DNA of 64,000 nucleotides from Escherichia coli (GCF_030013595.1 NZ_CP122768.1); one strand, 5' to 3'. Shown: positions 42,652-51,511, counted from the first letter of the stretch. The notes: generated by a model from the sequence alone, not told the origin. Program-made: numbers and translations.

Positions 42652-43278
42652 CGCTCTGACCGTTACAAAAAGAGAAAGCGCCCCGTTGCCGGAGCGCCTT
42701 TGTGAACGAATAGCCTACTGCGCCATATTGCTTACTGTCTACGAGGCAGATTATAGCGTTGTGGTCGCACAGAGTGAAGGCGCTGATCACCGTTACTACA
42801 GCACGCCAGAAATGCAGAATATTTTGCTGCAAAATGCCGTTGGTCACGCCGTCCGGAAAGCAAAAAATTTTGCTGGTGGCGCGACTGATGCGATTTTGTC
42901 AGGTCGCCAGGTGCTGATCAATCTGATGTCTGATTTCGTTCTGGATAAAACAAAGGCGACCGCAGAGAGCCGCCAGTGGAAAAGCTACATACTTGAACGC
43001 ATCACCAACAATGCCACATTTGCGGCTGGTGGGCAATGTGATCAGTCAGATTTGGTTCGTTCCAAGGTTTGCAACGAGAGCTTTTTCCTGTGCTCTTTAA
43101 GGAATTTCTCAAGAGCAAACGAACAAGGTGCGAATCTTTCTGATTCATGTTCATGCGCTATATTTTTGCGTCGTTTCTTACGAGTTGGTGATGGTGTTTT
43201 GGTTGATTCTGTGTCGCTCATGGTGCTGTCCTGTAAAGCAATGCGCCTGCGTTCCTCAAACTATGGCGCTGATAGTGG

Positions 43279-43584
43279 CTATTCCTGCTCTTTGACCTTG
43301 CGTCGCTGGAGTTCTTCACGCGCGACGGTGACGAGTTGCCCGATCTCCTCGGCTGCTTTGACTCCGATTTTTTCCACCTGCGCCAGTGCATCGAGCGAAG
43401 AAACCAGGGGATTTTCTCCTCTTCCTTCTGCCTGGCGCCGGGCGATCTCCCCGCGCATGGCGGTTACTATGAATCCGGCGTTGCTTTCGCCGTCCAGTTT
43501 TACGGATTCCATGCCTTCAATAACATCATGCGGGATCCGAGCTGTCAGTGATTGTGATTTTGCGTTTTTTGAACCTGTAGCCAT
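43279..43584 (-). CDS. Putative small DNA-binding repressor (ribbon-helix-helix-like), divergent from the replication operon
   Basis: 101 aa from the ATG at 43584 behind GAGAGGA (track ORF extends to a TTG at 43599); faces a palindrome-containing intergenic region. Confidence 0.5.
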   Translation of the reverse strand: MATGSKNAKSQSLTARIPHDVIEGMESVKLDGESNAGFIVTAMRGEIARRQAEGRGENPLVSSLDALAQVEKIGVKAAEEIGQLVTVAREELQRRKVKEQE

Positions 43585-43780
43585 CTGTAATCCTCTCAAT
43601 GAAAGTGTAAGACAATATACACATAAAAAGTCTTACATAAAAGCATTGACATGTAAGCCACCCACAAATAAAGTTACTTACACCTTGTTAATGCAAGGTG
43701 CAGAAACGACGAAACCCGGCAGTGCGCGAACACTAACCGGGCTTCTAACCACCAACGATAGAGAGCTTATCGAGGTAGCT

Positions 43781-43984
43781 ATGTTAAATCATACCACACA
43801 CCCGCAAGGGCGGGACTCGCACAACCTGAATAAATACATCTGGCGTTTTATCGCCCTGAGTACGGCACAACCGCGCGTAATTCACATCGAGGCCACCAGC
43901 GAACAGGAAGCGCGTCAGCAATCTCCTGATGGCTGCGTGATGGTATTCGCTGCCCGTATTCGCCAGGAGGTGCACCATGCATAA
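43781..43984 (+). CDS. Hypothetical small protein (67 aa), first gene of the rightward operon
   Basis: ATG behind GAGGTAG; stop overlaps the start of the next gene; it is the C-terminal segment of track ORF 42644..43984. Confidence 0.4.
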   Translation: MLNHTTHPQGRDSHNLNKYIWRFIALSTAQPRVIHIEATSEQEARQQSPDGCVMVFAARIRQEVHHA

Positions 43985-44342
43985 CCTGTCAATTTCTGAC
44001 CTTAACAGCATTCAGTTTGACGAGAAATTTACCGGGCAGCTACTGGTCCATGTGGAGAACGGGCGCATAGTGCGTAATTACAACCTGCCGGATGGTGCAA
44101 TTGCCGGAAGCGTTGAAGCATTGCTGGAACTGGCAGAACGTGCGCGACTGATTAAGCCGTTAACGAGCCATCACGATGATGATCTGCATTTTACCGGACG
44201 CATGGTGAGTCACTACGAAAACGGTGTCGAGGTATCCCGCGAACGTCTGCGTGATGATTGCTGTTTCGGCACACTGCCGGAATTTATCGAATTGCTGACC
44301 GATTGCGGTTATCAGGTAATTCAGAGCAAGACGCAGGAGTAA
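43977..44342 (+). CDS. Hypothetical protein (121 aa)
   Basis: ORF coupled to the upstream and downstream genes; no recognisable motif. Confidence 0.5.
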   Translation: MHNLSISDLNSIQFDEKFTGQLLVHVENGRIVRNYNLPDGAIAGSVEALLELAERARLIKPLTSHHDDDLHFTGRMVSHYENGVEVSRERLRDDCCFGTLPEFIELLTDCGYQVIQSKTQE

Positions 44343-44348
44343 AAAACC

Positions 44349-44639
44349 ATGAAAAAGAAAAATTCTGGCTTTACTGCCAGCGGCCCCGCTCGGCCTGAAA
44401 TCAGACACGGCGATATTTACCGCGACACCAGACGCGGGGGACGAGTGGTTATTCGTCACGTTACGCCAGGCAATATCACCTACCGCCGCGAGGCTTACGA
44501 ATATGACTGCGTAATGCCGCGCCGTCAGTTTGAGCGTGATTTTATTCTGGTGGAAAACAAACAACAGGCGGTGGCGAGACGTGCAGCCACGAATATTAAA
44601 AAAATCCGGGCAATGTTGGTTGCGGGAGGTAAGAAGTGA
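44349..44639 (+). CDS. Hypothetical protein (96 aa)
   Basis: AGGAG Shine-Dalgarno; stop overlaps the GTG start of the primase gene. Confidence 0.5.
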   Translation: MKKKNSGFTASGPARPEIRHGDIYRDTRRGGRVVIRHVTPGNITYRREAYEYDCVMPRRQFERDFILVENKQQAVARRAATNIKKIRAMLVAGGKK

Positions 44640-46384
44640 AAAACGCACCGAATTTGAAATATCAGCCGAAGGATAAATTCACTGAGGTTATCATTTTTGC
44701 CGGGACGGATGCTTACGCCCATGCCCAACACTGGATTGAAAGCGAAGGACGAAAACATGGCGATAACGTGCCACCCGTTTATCTGGGGCCAAAGCAACTG
44801 GCAGACCTGGCGAATATCCGCATTGTCGACGATGAACGCCGCTTTGCGCGTGTTTATATCGCGGGGGAGATAGAGCCAATCCAGATCAACGCTATCGCTG
44901 AAAAACTGGCGCTGGCTGGCGTACAGGAGGCGAAATTATACAAAGGCATCACCGACCGGGAGCCGGAGAACTGGCGCGATTACCTGCAACGGTTACGCGA
45001 ACAGGCTGAGCGCGGAGAAATTCTGTCAGGAAGGACCGAGAAAAAACACAAAATATCTCTTTCCAGAATGGCGGACAGCCAAAGGGCAAAACTTTTAGCT
45101 GAACGATTTCAGGATGTAGCAATGAATCAGGAGAGTGAGGTTGTCCACGTCTGGCGCGATGATTTTTGGGTTCCGGTAAGCACACTGGATCTTAGTCGTG
45201 AAATGGTGGCTATTTACGAAGAAAACGGAACAGCGTTTAGCCGGAGAGCAATAAGCAATGCAGTGGATGCTTTAAAAGTTATGGCCAGGCCAATGGGGGA
45301 GCCGTCAGGTGATTTATTGCCGTTCGCTAATGGCGTGTTTGACCTGAAAACTGGCGAATTTTCCCCGCACTCGCTGGATAACTGGATCACCACGCATAAC
45401 GGCATTGAGTACACGCCACCAGCACCAGGGGAGAACATCCGCGACAACGCGCCAAACTTTCATAAATGGCTTGATCACGCTGCAGGAAAAGACCCGCGAA
45501 AGATGATGCGTATATGCGCTGCGCTGTACATGATTATGGCTAACCGGTACGACTGGCAAATGTTTATTGAGGCCACAGGAGACGGCGGGAGCGGCAAGAG
45601 CACATTTACGCACATAGCCACCCTTCTGGCAGGGAAACAGAACACGGTAAGCGCCGAAATGACATCGCTTGATGATGCTGGCGGGCGTGCACAGGTTGTC
45701 GGAAGTCGTCTTATTGTCCTGACAGACCAGCCGAAATATACAGGCGAAGGATCGGGAATCAAGAAAATAACTGGCGGCGACCCCGTGGAAATTAACCCGA
45801 AATATGAGAAGCGTTTCACAGCAATTATCAGGGCTGTCGTGCTGGCAACAAACAACGTGCCGATGATATTCACCGAACGGGCCGGAGGCGTTGCACGTCG
45901 ACGTGTAATTTTTCAGTTCGATAATATTGTAAGGGAGGCCGAAAAGGATAAAGAATTACCGCAAAAGATAGCGGCAGAAATACCTGTCATTATTCGTCGA
46001 CTGCTTACTAACTTTTCAGATCCAGAAAAAGCACGAGAATTATTGCTTGATCAGCGTGACGGTGCCGAAGCTCTGAAAATAAAACAGGAAACTGATCCTG
46101 TCATTGGGTTATGTGCGGCGCTTGCATTTCTTGACGAACCGCATGGAATGATGATGGGAGGCGGTAAGAGAACAGTTGACCTTAACCCACGTACAAGTCT
46201 GTACAGGCTTTATCTTGCCTTTATGGAGTACATAGGCAAAGAAGAAAAATTAAGTGTTAATGATTTTGGTAAGGCCATGAAGGCGGCTGCAAGAGAATAT
46301 GGAGCTGAATATCTGACCAGAGGTTTTAAAGGACGAACACAAACTAACGTTATAAGAACGGAGAGAACCGAGGAATTTTTATAA
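44636..46384 (+). CDS. Phage/plasmid primase-helicase (P4-alpha / PICI Pri-Rep type, SF3 P-loop)
   Basis: Walker A GDGGSGKST and Walker B-like LIVLTDQP; GTG start behind GGAGG; iterons immediately downstream. Confidence 0.85.
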   Translation: MKNAPNLKYQPKDKFTEVIIFAGTDAYAHAQHWIESEGRKHGDNVPPVYLGPKQLADLANIRIVDDERRFARVYIAGEIEPIQINAIAEKLALAGVQEAKLYKGITDREPENWRDYLQRLREQAERGEILSGRTEKKHKISLSRMADSQRAKLLAERFQDVAMNQESEVVHVWRDDFWVPVSTLDLSREMVAIYEENGTAFSRRAISNAVDALKVMARPMGEPSGDLLPFANGVFDLKTGEFSPHSLDNWITTHNGIEYTPPAPGENIRDNAPNFHKWLDHAAGKDPRKMMRICAALYMIMANRYDWQMFIEATGDGGSGKSTFTHIATLLAGKQNTVSAEMTSLDDAGGRAQVVGSRLIVLTDQPKYTGEGSGIKKITGGDPVEINPKYEKRFTAIIRAVVLATNNVPMIFTERAGGVARRRVIFQFDNIVREAEKDKELPQKIAAEIPVIIRRLLTNFSDPEKARELLLDQRDGAEALKIKQETDPVIGLCAALAFLDEPHGMMMGGGKRTVDLNPRTSLYRLYLAFMEYIGKEEKLSVNDFGKAMKAAAREYGAEYLTRGFKGRTQTNVIRTERTEEFL

Positions 46385-46401
46385 GAGTAATGCCTGCAAC
46401 A

Positions 46402-46691
46402 GGTAGACGGGTAGATATTGGGTAGATGCTAGTTTTATGGATGCCTACCCGCTGAATCCCTTGCGCCACAAGGGATTCAGCGAAATAGGTAGATAGGGTA
46501 GACAATATCTCGCTTAAAAACTTTTTTACGCAGCGAAAGGAAAATACAGGTTAGAGAATGGAGAGTTAAAAGAAAGTCACTTTTACTATCTACCCTATCT
46601 ACCTAATAGATAAAAGTTGTTTTTTATCATTGTGTTAAGTGGGTAGATAACCGTTTCTTTGTTGTCTACCTGTTATCTACCTTGTCTACCC
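46402..46691. repeat. Putative replication origin: at least 11 copies of the iteron GGGTAGA(T/C) in both orientations, an 11-bp-arm hairpin and an AT-rich stretch
   Basis: Iterons at 46402, 46409, 46420, 46488, 46496, 46588, 46597, 46641, 46664, 46675 and 46684; inverted repeat CTGAATCCCTT/AAGGGATTCAG at 46452-46480. Confidence 0.7.
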
Positions 46692-46760
46692 ATAAGATGA
46701 AAGTACCGGATACGCCGTGAAGGTGCAGGCAGTGAAGCCCTGGTTATCGCATGTACCAAG

Positions 46761-47108
46761 ATGAAGGATGCGGAGGAACTGAAAGAAATGGCTTGCGATT
46801 TGCGCGAGGTTGAGCTTTTCAAGGATGAAGGCGGGGAGTTAATCACGTCGTTGGTGCTGGAGGATAAGCCCCGCCCACCCGTTGAACTGGAGCGCATCGA
46901 GTACGCTGCTAACAAGACAGAGAATCACGACGCGCTATGGGGCTGTATCCGTTCACGCACACAGCGCGGCGATAAATGCACTATCCCGTTGTTGCGCGAT
47001 GACATGAAAAAGCTGGGGTATGAGATGAAACACTTCCGGCGCTGGCTGTACAAGCTGGAAAGCGACGGCGTAATCGCTATTGACGGTGATTATGTGCGCC
47101 CACTGTAA
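46761..47108 (+). CDS. Hypothetical protein (115 aa)
   Basis: ORF only; sits between the origin and the GTGAGGA array. Confidence 0.4.
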   Translation: MKDAEELKEMACDLREVELFKDEGGELITSLVLEDKPRPPVELERIEYAANKTENHDALWGCIRSRTQRGDKCTIPLLRDDMKKLGYEMKHFRRWLYKLESDGVIAIDGDYVRPL

Positions 47109-47495
47109 AAAGTGAGGAGCAAAAGTGAGGATGGCGGGTAATTTAACAAAAAATCAACGCCACTCCTCACTTTCTCACCTGTATATAGGTCAAAAAGTGA
47201 GGAGTTAAAAACACATTGCAAAACAACAGATTACAACAATAAAGAAAACGACTGAGGAGCAGAACAAGAATAATAAAAAGTGAGGAACAAAAGTGAGGAA
47301 TGGTGAGTTAATAGAAATGAGGTAATAAAAATAACAGGTAGGTTAAAAAACACACCATGCAAGATATTAACTAAAACTTAACTATTTACCTCACTTTTGC
47401 GTATATATAAGGATTAAAAAGTGAGTACTTAAAAATACATTTAAAATCATATTGTTATTAACTTCATAAATTTTCACTGTGCAGCAGGTGAGGAA
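47107..47495. repeat. AT-rich non-coding array of at least 8 copies of AAAGTGAGGA (both orientations)
   Basis: Copies at about 47107, 47121, 47161 (inverted), 47193, 47276, 47289, 47388 (inverted), 47417 and 47487; no ORF of 60 aa or more. Confidence 0.6.
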
Positions 47496-47574
47496 TTAAA
47501 AAATCAGGAATGTTAAAAATGAAAACAGAATGTTGTGTCAGTGCCGTTGGGCAACGTAGCAACCAGTAAAAACG

Positions 47575-48117
47575 ATGGGGCAAAGCATGACTAAGCTGAC
47601 CATTAACAGAAAACCGAAAGGCATTTACGGCACGCCGCAGAAAACGACGCAGGCGGCGCAGGAGCAGGATAAAACCACATCGGCGCATAAAGTGATGCCC
47701 GGTAACCAGAAAGCGCAGCAGAAGCCCACAGGGGCGACACCGTGGCGGCATATGACCAAACGCCAGCGCAAAAACCGCAGGCGCGTTAACCGCCTCACTG
47801 AGTTGTGGCCTGAATTATTCAGCCGGGAAGCACCGAAGCCGCTTAAGGTGGGGATATTCGACGACCTGATGCAGGATCTCGCCGTCAGGGGGCTGGCATT
47901 CGGTCCAGGGGCATTGCGTGCGACGCTGGCATCTTATGCGCAGTGTCCGCGCTATTACCGCGCCTTAATGGCTGGTGGGGTACGCTACGACCTGAAAGGC
48001 CAGCCGTGCGGCGAGGTGACACCACAGGAACAACAGGACGCCGAAACGCGGCTGGTGGCGCTGAATGAGAAGCGCAAACGTCAGCGCCGGGCAGCAAAGG
48101 AGAAAACAGGCGCATGA
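47575..48117 (+). CDS. ProQ/FinO-domain RNA-binding protein
   Basis: LTELWPELFSREAPKPLKVGIFDDLMQDL...RATLASYAQCPRYYRALMAGGVRYDLKGQPCGEV parallels the recalled ProQ N-terminal domain (RFPHCF...RPLKIGIFQDL...RVDLDGNPCGE). Confidence 0.7.
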   Translation: MGQSMTKLTINRKPKGIYGTPQKTTQAAQEQDKTTSAHKVMPGNQKAQQKPTGATPWRHMTKRQRKNRRRVNRLTELWPELFSREAPKPLKVGIFDDLMQDLAVRGLAFGPGALRATLASYAQCPRYYRALMAGGVRYDLKGQPCGEVTPQEQQDAETRLVALNEKRKRQRRAAKEKTGA

Positions 48118-48401
48118 TTCACGACAGCAAAGCGGAAGCACTGGAAGCGCGTGGTCTGTACCGGAGAGCGGCGGCGCGGTGGGCTGAGGTCATCATGCTG
48201 GCGAATGATGACAAGGCACGGGAACAGGCGGCAAAACGTCGCGCGGAATGTATCCGCAAGGCAGCACGCCCACCAGCAAGGCAGGATAATTTCGGGGAAA
48301 TGCGCGAAACCATCAGCCGGGCACATGCCGGGATGGGATTACATCAGCCCAATGGTAAGGCATTCAGGAAATACCCTGGATCGAAAAATTGCAGTCAGTG
48401 A
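48114..48401 (+). CDS. PerC-family transcriptional regulator (copy 1)
   Basis: MIHDSKAEALEARGLYRRAAARWAEVIM...RRAECIRKA matches the PerC/Pch family signature as I recall it; ATGA overlap with the ProQ/FinO gene. Confidence 0.7.
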   Translation: MIHDSKAEALEARGLYRRAAARWAEVIMLANDDKAREQAAKRRAECIRKAARPPARQDNFGEMRETISRAHAGMGLHQPNGKAFRKYPGSKNCSQ

Positions 48402-48405
48402 CAGA

Positions 48406-48430
48406 AGCCGGGATTTTTCCCGGCTTTTTT
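48406..48430 (+). terminator. Rho-independent terminator after the PerC-like gene
   Basis: AGCCGGG-attttt-CCCGGCT followed by a T6 run. Confidence 0.75.
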
Positions 48431-48442
48431 GTGCCAGTAAAA

Positions 48443-48477
48443 AGCCCGCAGCCAGAAGTGTTGCGGGCTTTGTTTTT
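48443..48477 (+). terminator. Second tandem rho-independent terminator
   Basis: AGCCCGCA...TGCGGGCT followed by TTGTTTTT. Confidence 0.65.
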
Positions 48478-48596
48478 CAGGTGATTGAAGTCAATGGGAA
48501 GAACGCGATCATCATGCGTTATCGCTTCATAAATTGCAACGATGTAGATCGTTATTTCAGTTTGTGCAATCATAATCATTGTTTTGTTCAGGAGAT

Positions 48597-48776
48597 ATGA
48601 CTATGAGAAAAGCCAGCGTGAAACCCGTTTTACTCGCTCGTGATCAGATTGAAGCATTACAGCGCATCCAGGACGAGGAACGCCGCAATTCTCCGCTGGG
48701 GATTGCTCCGAGCATTCATGAGGTCGCCCGGCGTTTAATGCAGCGGGCGCTTTATCCCGTAGAACGTCCGGCCTGA
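48597..48776 (+). CDS. Hypothetical small protein (59 aa)
   Basis: ATG behind CAGGAG; MTMRKASVKPVLLARDQIEALQRIQDEE... Confidence 0.4.
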   Translation: MTMRKASVKPVLLARDQIEALQRIQDEERRNSPLGIAPSIHEVARRLMQRALYPVERPA

Positions 48777-48815
48777 TGGTCGTGATTTTTTGGTGAAAAA
48801 AGAGAGGTGGTAAAA

Positions 48816-49400
48816 ATGCCAGCAAGCAAAGAAGATTTGCGATTAAAACTGATGGAGGTGGTTAACGCTCTGTCAGAGTCGCAGGGCAGCACTCCGCAGG
48901 AGATTATCGAAATTCTGAATGCGATCCCCGCACAGGATTTCACAAAAGCGGACGAGGATGACGCGAATAAAAACATCGTCGCGTCAGTCGAAGATGAATC
49001 CTCACTGGCAGAAGCCCAGGCTAAAGCGGATTCCGCATACAGCAATATGGGCCGTCGCGCTCCAGCCCCGTTTGCTGGTGAAAAGTCGATGGATTACCGC
49101 AAGCGTGCATTAATTGGTGCACAGAAGCTGGCTAAAAAATTCAGTGATGTGGATATTCGTTCCGTTTCAGATTCTGCAACGCTGGCGGTGCTGGAAGATC
49201 AGATTTACCAGGCTGCAAAAGACAGTGTTCAGTGGGCTGTGGAAAATACGCCGGGCTATTTGCGTAAAACCGTAAGAATGGATGAAGCCGGACGGCGGAT
49301 TACTGAATATCAGGGGGATCCGAATAACTGGCTTAGTGCTTTCAAAATCCCTCCCCGTCGCCTGGTTAAAATTAACGTTGCAAGCCTCGCGGGGGCATGA
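48816..49400 (+). CDS. Hypothetical protein (194 aa)
   Basis: ATG behind GAGGTGG; acidic, with predicted helical regions; no recognisable motif. Confidence 0.5.
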   Translation: MPASKEDLRLKLMEVVNALSESQGSTPQEIIEILNAIPAQDFTKADEDDANKNIVASVEDESSLAEAQAKADSAYSNMGRRAPAPFAGEKSMDYRKRALIGAQKLAKKFSDVDIRSVSDSATLAVLEDQIYQAAKDSVQWAVENTPGYLRKTVRMDEAGRRITEYQGDPNNWLSAFKIPPRRLVKINVASLAGA

Positions 49401-49464
49401 AAAACGTGCTGATTTCAGCCCTGCCGGATTTGGTGGGGCTTATTGCTTATAACCGGGGGACATT

Positions 49465-50118
49465 ATGCTTTTAACAGAAATTGAGGCGGCAAAGCAGATT
49501 CGGGACGGTCAGCTACCGTCGCCTTATCAGTTTTCCAACATGTGGCTGATTAACCTGCGTATCACAGGAACCGGAATGGCCTATCGCGCCGAAGAAAAAG
49601 AATTTGTCTGGCGTTCACCGCAAACTTATCTCAATCCGCAGTTCCTGGAACGTTGCGCCGGAGTACCCGTCATTATCGACCATCCCGAAAGCAAAACCCT
49701 TGAAGACGTGGGCGAACGGTCGCGCATTATTGGCACCGTTATGTTGCCGTATATTCGCGGTGACGAGGTGTGGGGCGTATGCCGGATTTACGGGCAGGAA
49801 ATCATCGATTACATCCAGAAAGCACGGGGGGAGGTATCCACCAGCCCGTCGGTTGTGTTTTGTGGTGCGTCCGGTGGGGCAGAAGTTCCTGATGTAATGG
49901 GCGAGGACAATTTTTTCATTGAGGGTACGCCATTTCTTATCGATCACGTTGCGCTCGTACCGTTGGGCGTATGGGATAAGGGCGGGAAACCATCAGGTGT
50001 GGAAGTAACAACGCCGACAGAAGAAGAACAGCTCGCCGGAATGGTCCGTGAAGTTATTGATGCGGCCTGCAAGCCAGCCCTGGAAAAACTGGAAGAAATA
50101 TCCGGGCGCTGGCTATGA
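49465..50118 (+). CDS. Hypothetical protein (217 aa)
   Basis: ORF behind a GGGGGA Shine-Dalgarno; no recognisable motif. Confidence 0.5.
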   Translation: MLLTEIEAAKQIRDGQLPSPYQFSNMWLINLRITGTGMAYRAEEKEFVWRSPQTYLNPQFLERCAGVPVIIDHPESKTLEDVGERSRIIGTVMLPYIRGDEVWGVCRIYGQEIIDYIQKARGEVSTSPSVVFCGASGGAEVPDVMGEDNFFIEGTPFLIDHVALVPLGVWDKGGKPSGVEVTTPTEEEQLAGMVREVIDAACKPALEKLEEISGRWL

Positions 50119-50288
50119 ATCGTGGGATTGTCCCTGCAGCAGGAAACAATGATCAGAACGTTAAGTTGGAAATTGTTCGGAACGCTGGTGCCGATTACTT
50201 CGCGCAACTAATTGGTGCTCAACGGTTCCTGGGATGATTTAAATACACGCGCTTTCCGGCGCATTAATACAGTCTGAGGGGAAGTGTC

Positions 50289-50813
50289 ATGTTTATGAGC
50301 AAGGCAGAATATGCCAAACACAAAGGCGTAAGCCGCCAGACAGTTTACGACTGGATCGAGAAAGGCGAAGTGGTCATGTCCGGTAAAAAAATCGATGTGG
50401 AAGCGACAGAGCAGCGGAACAGCCCACCAGCACAGGGAAAAGATACCGTTTCTGAAATGTGGCCAGAGAGAACGCTGGAAATGACGTGGGGCGAGTTCTG
50501 GAAAGCAGTTAAGGCCAGAGACGGTAAAATCCCTGCACCAGTAACGGACGATGACATACAGCAGCGTGTGCAGGATGCAGCCGGGGAACTATGCTGTGAA
50601 GTGCAATTTCTTGATGATGGTGCTATCTGCCTTGAGGATTATGCTGGGCAATATTACTTTGAGCAGTATGATTTTCGGGAAAATGCCAGGCTGGCAATTC
50701 GTATGCTGCGTTGTGAGCTCTGCTATGTTGCAGGTGATTGTCCCGATGAGCTGGATAACTGGAGTGAAGCCGGACTAAACGCCCTGGCTGAGTGGGAAAA
50801 ATCATCCCATTAA
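50289..50813 (+). CDS. HTH-domain protein (small-terminase / Rpp-like N-terminus)
   Basis: N-terminus SKAEYAKHKGVSRQTVYDWIEKGEV is a typical HTH as seen in phage small terminase subunits; followed by a repeat array. Confidence 0.5.
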   Translation: MFMSKAEYAKHKGVSRQTVYDWIEKGEVVMSGKKIDVEATEQRNSPPAQGKDTVSEMWPERTLEMTWGEFWKAVKARDGKIPAPVTDDDIQQRVQDAAGELCCEVQFLDDGAICLEDYAGQYYFEQYDFRENARLAIRMLRCELCYVAGDCPDELDNWSEAGLNALAEWEKSSH

Positions 50814-50826
50814 TGACCGTAAAATT

Positions 50827-51110
50827 CGCGAAAAGTGTCAAGTCAGGCCGTCTGCCGGGTTGACACTTTACACTCTGAACGCGAAAAAGTGTCAACCTCG
50901 CTGTAAGCCCCGCCATTACTGGCCTTTCGCCAGATTTACCACGTCAAAAAGCCGAAAAAATCGCGAAAAGTGTCAAGTTGCCATGCTTAGAAATGCTAAG
51001 GTTTGATAAGGTTTTTCGCGAAAAAGTGTCAAGTGTGTCAACCTGCGATGTTAAGATTTGTTAAGGTCTTAAGCCGGAAAGTGTCAACCAGCCCCTAAGA
51101 TTTCCTAAGG
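50827..51110. repeat. Array of at least 6 copies of CGCGAAAAGTGTCAA plus three TAAG(A/G)TTT doublets
   Basis: Copies at about 50827, 50861 (inverted), 50880, 50960, 51016 and 51078; non-coding. Confidence 0.6.
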
Positions 51111-51118
51111 TGTAAATC

Positions 51119-51409
51119 ATGACCATCACCGAAGCCGATATGCTGGAGATGATCCGCAGCATTGCCGGAATCAGACCACCAGCAGGCAAACAGGAGGCCA
51201 CGCAGCCGGACAGCGTTATCGCTGAGAACTATGCGCGTGTGGTGGCTGAGGTGATGCGCCGTGACGGTATTGAGCTTAACGGAGTGGATATGCGCGACAT
51301 ACGCACCAGGGTACTCGAGTTATTGGCCTACCGTCGCCGCGTGCAGATGTACCGGGAGAGCGAGAAAAAGACTTACCAGTGGAAGAAGCCGGAGCGGTTA
51401 CGGCGGTAA
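51119..51409 (+). CDS. Hypothetical protein (96 aa)
   Basis: ORF behind an AAGGTG Shine-Dalgarno. Confidence 0.45.
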   Translation: MTITEADMLEMIRSIAGIRPPAGKQEATQPDSVIAENYARVVAEVMRRDGIELNGVDMRDIRTRVLELLAYRRRVQMYRESEKKTYQWKKPERLRR

Positions 51410-51459
51410 CCAGTTGATAAAAAGGCTCCTCAATTTTGAGGAGGGTAGCTGGTGGCTGG

Positions 51460-51481
51460 CAGAATGTAAATTTACATTCTG
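51460..51481. terminator. Perfect 22-bp palindrome between convergent genes (bidirectional terminator or protein site)
   Basis: CAGAATGTAAATTTACATTCTG, preceded by a second hairpin CTCCTCA-attt-TGAGGAG at 51426-51443. Confidence 0.5.
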
Positions 51482-51511
51482 GTGATTTAATCATCTGATT
51501 TACCCGATGGC

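Noticed and set aside
42644-43984. 446-aa plus-strand ORF spanning the island control region
   Set aside because: Its middle third is Ser/Cys/Thr-rich junk and is antisense to a well-formed minus-strand gene with its own Shine-Dalgarno. Only its last 67 codons (43781-43984, with their own Shine-Dalgarno) are kept as a likely gene; the first ~140 codons remain unresolved.
46402-51110. Repeat arrays considered as CRISPR
   Set aside because: Repeat units are 7-15 bp, irregularly spaced, present in both orientations, and lack uniform spacers or nearby cas genes. Iteron or operator arrays fit better.
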